Of a stretch of DNA of 64,000 nucleotides, positions 58,852 through 64,000 are shown piece by piece. Made by a program: the position numbers and the translations under genes. Within the stretch, counting starts at the first letter, position 1. Every line of letters starts with the position of its first letter. This DNA is from Candidatus Poribacteria bacterium (GTDB lineage Bacteria > Poribacteria > WGA-4E > WGA-3G). The stretch is taken from the NCBI GenBank assembly GCA_964291315.2, contig OZ219753.1, positions 2,496,001 to 2,560,000 of the forward strand, written 5' to 3'. The notes beneath the pieces are model-generated. The model was not told the origin of the DNA, made no database searches, and worked only from the letters and a program-made list of their open reading frames with translations.

Positions 58852-61560
58852 TCATGGGGCTACAGGCTTCACACACCGAAAACCGAATACAGTGGCACCA
58901 CCCCAAGTCGAATATCCATACCGACTAGTGACCGAGAAGCCTCGATAGGACCAGTCGCCACCGCGAACGACACGGTTTTGGGGCTGTCCATACTTATTCG
59001 AGGGCGAGAAAATATCCAGGTTCGCGTTATAGTTATCTAACAAGTCTTGGATACTGGTTGCAATCGACAACGACACCGGATTGTGGGTTGGGGATTTTGC
59101 GTAGTAGTCAGCATCATACGCATCGAGACACCACTCCGCTACATTCCCGACCATATCATAGAGGCCGTACCCGTTCGGCGGATAACTACCGACTGCCGTC
59201 GAACCACGGGGGTTATTATAGTTCGCCTTGGTTTTATCTAGGGTGTCTCCCCAGGGATATCGCTTGCCGGCTAAGCCGCCGCGTGCGGCATACTCCCACT
59301 CTGCTTCGGTTGGCAGTCGCTTTCCTGCCCATCTAGCATATGCCATCGCACCCCGCCATCTTACAGAAATGACAGGATGATTCTCATAGCCTGCCCGTGG
59401 GCGATACACACCGTCTACTAAGTTAATGGTTGTATAAGCACCACCATTAATATCCACCCACCGCCACCAGCCATTTATATGTTTGCCCATTGCGTTGAGA
59501 AATGCCGCGTATTCAGTGTTTGTTACTTCGTGTGTATCCATGTAAAATGCGTCTAAAGTGACAGTGTGAACAGGGCGTTCATCGGTATCACCCGTGTTGC
59601 TGCCCATTTGGAAGGTGCCCGCGGGGATCAACGCCATGCCCGCAGGAGCATCGCTTTGATCAGGCACCGGAGTGGTATCCGGGTTTCCACTCGTGATATC
59701 CGGGGTCTCTGAACCGCGGGTTGTCGTAAATGAGGCAGTGGACACCGACTTCACACATCGAAAACCGAGATCGTTGCCCGTGCTCATCGGGAAACTATAG
59801 TCACGATTCGACACGCGAACAACCGAGGCTGAATAGAACCAAGAGCCGCCACGCAACACACGCTGCGAATCAACGGTTGTATAGGTGTCTATTACGGTGC
59901 TGTCGCCTGACAACGGGTTCTGCGCGGGAGAGGTGTCATAGAAGTTGTCGAGATACGTATCGAGACACCACTCAAATACGTTTCCTGCCATATCGTAGAG
60001 ACCATAGCCGTTCGCAGCGTATGCCCCGCCTGCGGTTGTGTCCGCGATATTCCATCCGTAGTTCGCCTGGGTCGTGTCTATGGTATCGCCCCAGGGATAT
60101 TGCTTGCCGGCTAAGCCGCCGCGTGCGGCGTATTCCCACTCGGCCTCGGTGGGGAGTCGTTTGCCTGCCCATGCGGCGTATGCCATGGCGCCATACCAAG
60201 TGACGCGAACGACAGGATGATTCTCATAGCCTGCCTTGACACTATATCTTCCGTCTATCCGTTCTATGCGGGCATCACTGCTACCGAGAGCCAACCACTT
60301 ATGGTCTGCGTCGGCGTGTTTGCCTTTTGCGTTGAGAAATGCGGCGTATTCTGCGTTCGTCACTTCATGTGTGTCCATATAAAACGCATCTAAAGACACT
60401 GCGTGAACGGGGCGTTCATCGGCATCGCCGGTGGTGCTGCCCATTTGGAAGGTGCCCGCGGGGATCAACACCATCCCCGCAGGAGCTGGCGGGTTTACCG
60501 GAGGCGTTGGCGTTTCAGGTGGCAGTGGAGTGCCATCGTCACCCGCATTCCCTTTACCATCATCACTGTCATCTATAGGAGCTACCGGCACCCAATCAGC
60601 AGTCACCGTCACGTCAGAACCGCTCTCATATACCATAAACCCATCTGACTGCACTAAATTCGAACGATCCGAGTAACTCAGACCCGACTGCTCTACTGTC
60701 GCAGAAACCTGATCCGAGACCAGTCGAAACGAACGACGCGGATGCAACCAGAACCCAAACGTCTCCGAACTCGCCTCCGGTTTTAACGCTCCCGCAGCAT
60801 TGGCAATCCGGAAATAAATCTCGTTATCCGCCCAGGCATGAAATACGCGCCCCTTCCCAGGACGAATGCGATACGTGCCGCGCGTCCGAAAACCCTCCGG
60901 ATAACCTTTCTTCGAGTTCTCCAGCTTCCACGTCGCGTAGACTACATATAGATCGGCTTCCGTGGCATTTGTTATCACGCTCGCTACCCACGCAGGCGGA
61001 GCAACATCTTCACCAGGCCGACCACCATCGTCTCCGAGTTCGTCATTCGGCGGAGCAGTCGGCTGCCCATCTAGCGACACCCACTCCGGAGTGACAACCA
61101 CTGCGGAGCCACCCGTATAGCTGACAAATCCCTCTAATTGAACCAACTGATTGTTCGGACGATCCGAGTAAAGCAGCTGATCTGTCGTCACAGAGGTATC
61201 GAGCGTCTGTGAGACGACGCGGAAGGAGCGCTTCGGATGAGACCAGAACGCAGAAGCCGTCGTGCCGCTATTCGCTTTTATCGCACCATCTGCGTTTGAA
61301 ATACGGAAATAGATGTTGTTAGTGTCCCAGGAATAGAACACTCTGGACTTCCCAGGATCAAGCCGGTAGGAGCCGCGCGTCCAGAACCCTGCGGGGATGC
61401 CTTTGTTGCTATTCGCTGCCTGCCACGTGCTCTTGATCACATAGATCTCTTCAAGCGTGTTATTGGTTACCATGTTCTCTTGCCATTCTGCAGCCGCGAA
61501 CGGAACGCTCACAAATATGAGCGCAGCAAAAATGGATAGAGCCACTATTGTTTTTTGCAT
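58852..61560 (-). CDS. Secreted protein: two unknown N-terminal repeats + two FGE-sulfatase (SUMF1/C-type lectin fold) domains; candidate DGR target
   Basis: AAGGAG RBS, signal peptide; twice IPAGTFQMGS, E.PVH.V.LD.FYMD.HEVTN, RLPTEAEWEYAARGG, NGYGLYDM.GNV.EW, RV.RGG.W, GFRCV. Confidence 0.9.
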   Translation of the reverse strand: MQKTIVALSIFAALIFVSVPFAAAEWQENMVTNNTLEEIYVIKSTWQAANSNKGIPAGFWTRGSYRLDPGKSRVFYSWDTNNIYFRISNADGAIKANSGTTASAFWSHPKRSFRVVSQTLDTSVTTDQLLYSDRPNNQLVQLEGFVSYTGGSAVVVTPEWVSLDGQPTAPPNDELGDDGGRPGEDVAPPAWVASVITNATEADLYVVYATWKLENSKKGYPEGFRTRGTYRIRPGKGRVFHAWADNEIYFRIANAAGALKPEASSETFGFWLHPRRSFRLVSDQVSATVEQSGLSYSDRSNLVQSDGFMVYESGSDVTVTADWVPVAPIDDSDDGKGNAGDDGTPLPPETPTPPVNPPAPAGMVLIPAGTFQMGSTTGDADERPVHAVSLDAFYMDTHEVTNAEYAAFLNAKGKHADADHKWLALGSSDARIERIDGRYSVKAGYENHPVVRVTWYGAMAYAAWAGKRLPTEAEWEYAARGGLAGKQYPWGDTIDTTQANYGWNIADTTAGGAYAANGYGLYDMAGNVFEWCLDTYLDNFYDTSPAQNPLSGDSTVIDTYTTVDSQRVLRGGSWFYSASVVRVSNRDYSFPMSTGNDLGFRCVKSVSTASFTTTRGSETPDITSGNPDTTPVPDQSDAPAGMALIPAGTFQMGSNTGDTDERPVHTVTLDAFYMDTHEVTNTEYAAFLNAMGKHINGWWRWVDINGGAYTTINLVDGVYRPRAGYENHPVISVRWRGAMAYARWAGKRLPTEAEWEYAARGGLAGKRYPWGDTLDKTKANYNNPRGSTAVGSYPPNGYGLYDMVGNVAEWCLDAYDADYYAKSPTHNPVSLSIATSIQDLLDNYNANLDIFSPSNKYGQPQNRVVRGGDWSYRGFSVTSRYGYSTWGGATVFGFRCVKPVAP

Positions 61561-61697
61561 GTTGTCTCTCCTTTTATCTGTGAAGATACACAGAAGTGTA
61601 TGTTTTTATTTATACTTAACGTGGGTTTGATAAATAAGCCACTGTTTTCTTTGTCCAAACAGAACCTTTTATTATCCACTGTAAGGTTATTATATCT

Positions 61698-61895
61698 TCA
61701 CTCGAAACAGGGTTTCCGATGCGTATTGTATCGCTTTTCGGCAAAATAGCCAACCGTTTTCTTGTGTCCGACAAAGTCAGTGATGCTTGCCATAAAATCG
61801 CGAAGAACATGTGCACCGATAATAGCTTCCCCTGTGATAGCCCCGATGTGTTGCCGGATCTGTGTGTTTACCTTCGTACGTAGGGTTCTAATCAC
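61698..61895 (-). pseudogene. Truncated YbjQ/UPF0145-family gene
   Basis: GTG overlaps the upstream TAG; QIRQHIGAITGEAIIGAHVLRDFMASITDFVG resembles the YbjQ N-half, then similarity is lost. Confidence 0.65.
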
Positions 61896-63022
61896 TATTG
61901 TGACTTCCCTCTTGCTGCGATTTCCCATACAGATTCGACAATATCGTTACGGATGCCGTAATACCTGTCATGGAGATTCACCGTTGTACAGCAGTGGGTT
62001 GGTAAAATTTCGAGTTTATCTCCCGGATTGAGACGGATGTCCACATCGGAGATCTGCATCTTTCCGTGCTCTTCAGAGAGCCCTGTCATTTCTAAACCGG
62101 TTACATCAAGAGGTTGTGGAGTACCGAACTCTTTGGTAAGCACCTTCAAACCGGTATCTACTATTATTCGGTTCAGGGCTGGACGGCTCACAACAGTTGC
62201 TAGGACCGACAAGGCACATTCAAAATGCTCTCCGATGCCTTCTACGTTTCGGTAGGTAGAATCCATGAAGACATAGGACCCTGCCTGTATCTCTGTCATT
62301 TCCGGGATGCTACCGGTAATGTTGAAGGTTCCGGTGCCTCCACCGCTCATGATCGGTACCGCCACCCCGTGTTTTTCGAGGTAGCGTTTCGCATCCACCA
62401 AACGTTGCATCGCCTCACGTGCAGCTGTATCCCGTTCTGCTTTGTCAGGTTTAGCAACAGTATGTCCCTCGTACCCCATCAAACCGGCAAATTCCACGTT
62501 TGAACTTTTGTATATCAGGTTTGCCAGTTCCAGTGTAGTTTCCCCGGTTTCAACGCCGCATCGATCCATGCCGATGTTAACTTCCACTAACATCCTGATG
62601 TTCGTACCTTTCGCGGATGCTGCCTCGGAGATGGCTTGCACATTCTGGGCGTTATCGACGGCAACCATAATCTCCGAATGCTTCGCGAGATTAATGAGGC
62701 GGGCAATCTTTTGTGCCCCAACAATTTGGTTGGCGATTAGTACATCTCGGATCCCAGCATGAACCACTGCCTCTGCCTCACCCAACTTTGCGCACGTAAC
62801 GCCCAGGGCACCCGCCGCGATCTGTTTATGTGCGATAATCGGTGTTTTGTGGGTTTTCACATGCGGTCTCAACATTGTGTTCACTGTGGAAAAATAAGCT
62901 GCCATTGTCTGTATATTGGCTTCCATCTTGTCCAAATCAATGAGTAAGGCTGGCGTATCCAATTCCATTTTGTGCATACCGATAAAAGGTTCGCTACCGT
63001 TTATATCCTGATAGATATTCAT
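61895..63022 (-). CDS. DSD1-family PLP enzyme (D-threonine aldolase / D-serine dehydratase-like)
   Basis: LDTPALLID, RPHVKTHK, CAKLGEAE, RCGV, GYEGH, GGGTGT, EIQAGSYVFMD, SEEHG, HCCTTVNL. Confidence 0.9.
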   Translation of the reverse strand: MNIYQDINGSEPFIGMHKMELDTPALLIDLDKMEANIQTMAAYFSTVNTMLRPHVKTHKTPIIAHKQIAAGALGVTCAKLGEAEAVVHAGIRDVLIANQIVGAQKIARLINLAKHSEIMVAVDNAQNVQAISEAASAKGTNIRMLVEVNIGMDRCGVETGETTLELANLIYKSSNVEFAGLMGYEGHTVAKPDKAERDTAAREAMQRLVDAKRYLEKHGVAVPIMSGGGTGTFNITGSIPEMTEIQAGSYVFMDSTYRNVEGIGEHFECALSVLATVVSRPALNRIIVDTGLKVLTKEFGTPQPLDVTGLEMTGLSEEHGKMQISDVDIRLNPGDKLEILPTHCCTTVNLHDRYYGIRNDIVESVWEIAARGKSQ

Positions 63023-63034
63023 TCGAGCTGTCTC

Positions 63035-63988
63035 CTAAAGTTGTTTTACGGGATTTGATAAAGTGCCGAACCCATCAATTTCTATATTAACGACATCCCC
63101 CGCGGCAAGTGGTAAGTCGTTTGGTACGATGATACCGGTACCAGTGGAAACAACGGTGCCGAAAGGAAGCGGATTATCCCGCATCAGGAATTCCGTGAGA
63201 TTCTCAAATCTCCAATTGATTTGGGAGGTATTCACGTTGCCTTCGTAGATAATTTCTTCCTCGCGAAGAACAGTACACCGCATATCCAGATTATAGGGTT
63301 CGTCTACTTCGGATGGGGTGAGAAACATGGGTCCGAGTGCGCAGCATCCGTAGAAGACTTTGGATTGTGGTAAGTAAAGCGGGTTGTCTCGTTCTATATC
63401 CCATGCGGAAACATCATTGCAGAGTGTATATCCGATGATTTCGCCATCGTTACTGAGAACATATGCGAGTTCTGGTTCCGTTGCTGTTAGCTCAGAATCG
63501 CTTCTAATCCCAATAAAGCCGTTGGGCCCAACACAACGCGGAGCGGTTGCCTTGAAGAATATCTCAGGACGCTCAGCGTAGTAGACACGACTGTAAATAT
63601 CTTGTTCACTGTCGTCATCACGCATATCCGCGCTGCGTTTGTAAGTTACGCCACATCCCCAAACTTCAGGCGGGTCAATCGGTGTTAGGAGATGTGGGAC
63701 ATTTTCAGCGGGTGCGACATTTAATTTTTTCAGTGTCAGGCCATCAGATTCAGTGTTCCCATTTTCTGCATCTCGGTGTGCCTGAAGTTGTATCGGAGTC
63801 GGGGTCGCCACTTCCTCTTGGATATCAGCAAGTAAGACACCCAGGCTTACCTGTTCTCGATGAGCGAGTTCCAGTATCTCTAAGACGCCAGGTGATTCTT
63901 CGCTTGTCACGTCAATTACTTCCTCTTCGCGAGTAACTATCCCAACGCGCTTACCTAAGTTCGGTAGATGGAATTGAATGAGTTTCAT
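63035..63988 (-). CDS. FAH-family protein (2-keto-3-deoxy-pentonate dehydratase-like)
   Basis: EVWGCGVTYKRS, Y.RVY.AERPEIFFK, PELA, NDVSAWDIERDNPLYLPQSK, STGTGI. Confidence 0.88.
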   Translation of the reverse strand: MKLIQFHLPNLGKRVGIVTREEEVIDVTSEESPGVLEILELAHREQVSLGVLLADIQEEVATPTPIQLQAHRDAENGNTESDGLTLKKLNVAPAENVPHLLTPIDPPEVWGCGVTYKRSADMRDDDSEQDIYSRVYYAERPEIFFKATAPRCVGPNGFIGIRSDSELTATEPELAYVLSNDGEIIGYTLCNDVSAWDIERDNPLYLPQSKVFYGCCALGPMFLTPSEVDEPYNLDMRCTVLREEEIIYEGNVNTSQINWRFENLTEFLMRDNPLPFGTVVSTGTGIIVPNDLPLAAGDVVNIEIDGFGTLSNPVKQL

Positions 63989-64000
63989 TCTTTTTTCCTT

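Noticed and set aside
58852-61560. True formylglycine-generating enzyme serving the sulfatase
   Set aside because: Catalytic Cys pair absent, secreted multidomain architecture, and the sulfatase in the window lacks a CxPxR target
1-64000. tRNA and rRNA genes
   Set aside because: No cloverleaf with a T-loop and acceptor stem, and no rRNA-like conserved tracts were recognised by eye

Overview
Bacterial chromosomal window, most consistent with Candidatus Poribacteria. This is inferred from three PhyH-family dioxygenases, a sulfatase, TPR/FG-GAP/ASPIC proteins and two secreted proteins ending in a 'KLTTxWGxLK' tail. The backbone carries purL/purQ, rph-rdgB-efp-accB-accC, pncB, sugar-acid catabolic enzymes, an RsbW/RsbV/RsbU-like partner-switching module, DUF58/BatA-VWA genes and an ECF sigma/anti-sigma/TPR operon. 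Accessory or unusual content: (1) a UvrD-like helicase with a GIY-YIG nuclease inserted inside it; (2) a helicase-less Type ISP-like R-M gene with an apparently leaderless promoter; (3) a ~5.5 kb island (56.4-61.9 kb) with an orphan ATP-grasp ligase, an internally deleted IS982 and a secreted protein with two FGE-sulfatase/C-lectin-fold domains showing DGR variable-region-like codons, with no RT or TR in the window; (4) a 944-aa lamin-tail protein behind three tandem promoters; (5) a ~190-nt 6S-like structured RNA candidate; (6) two dispersed palindromic repeat families (GTAG-REP-like hairpins and heptamer-armed elements), one of which seems to have entered coding sequences. No rRNA, tRNA or CRISPR array was found. 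All calls were made by eye, with no database searches.
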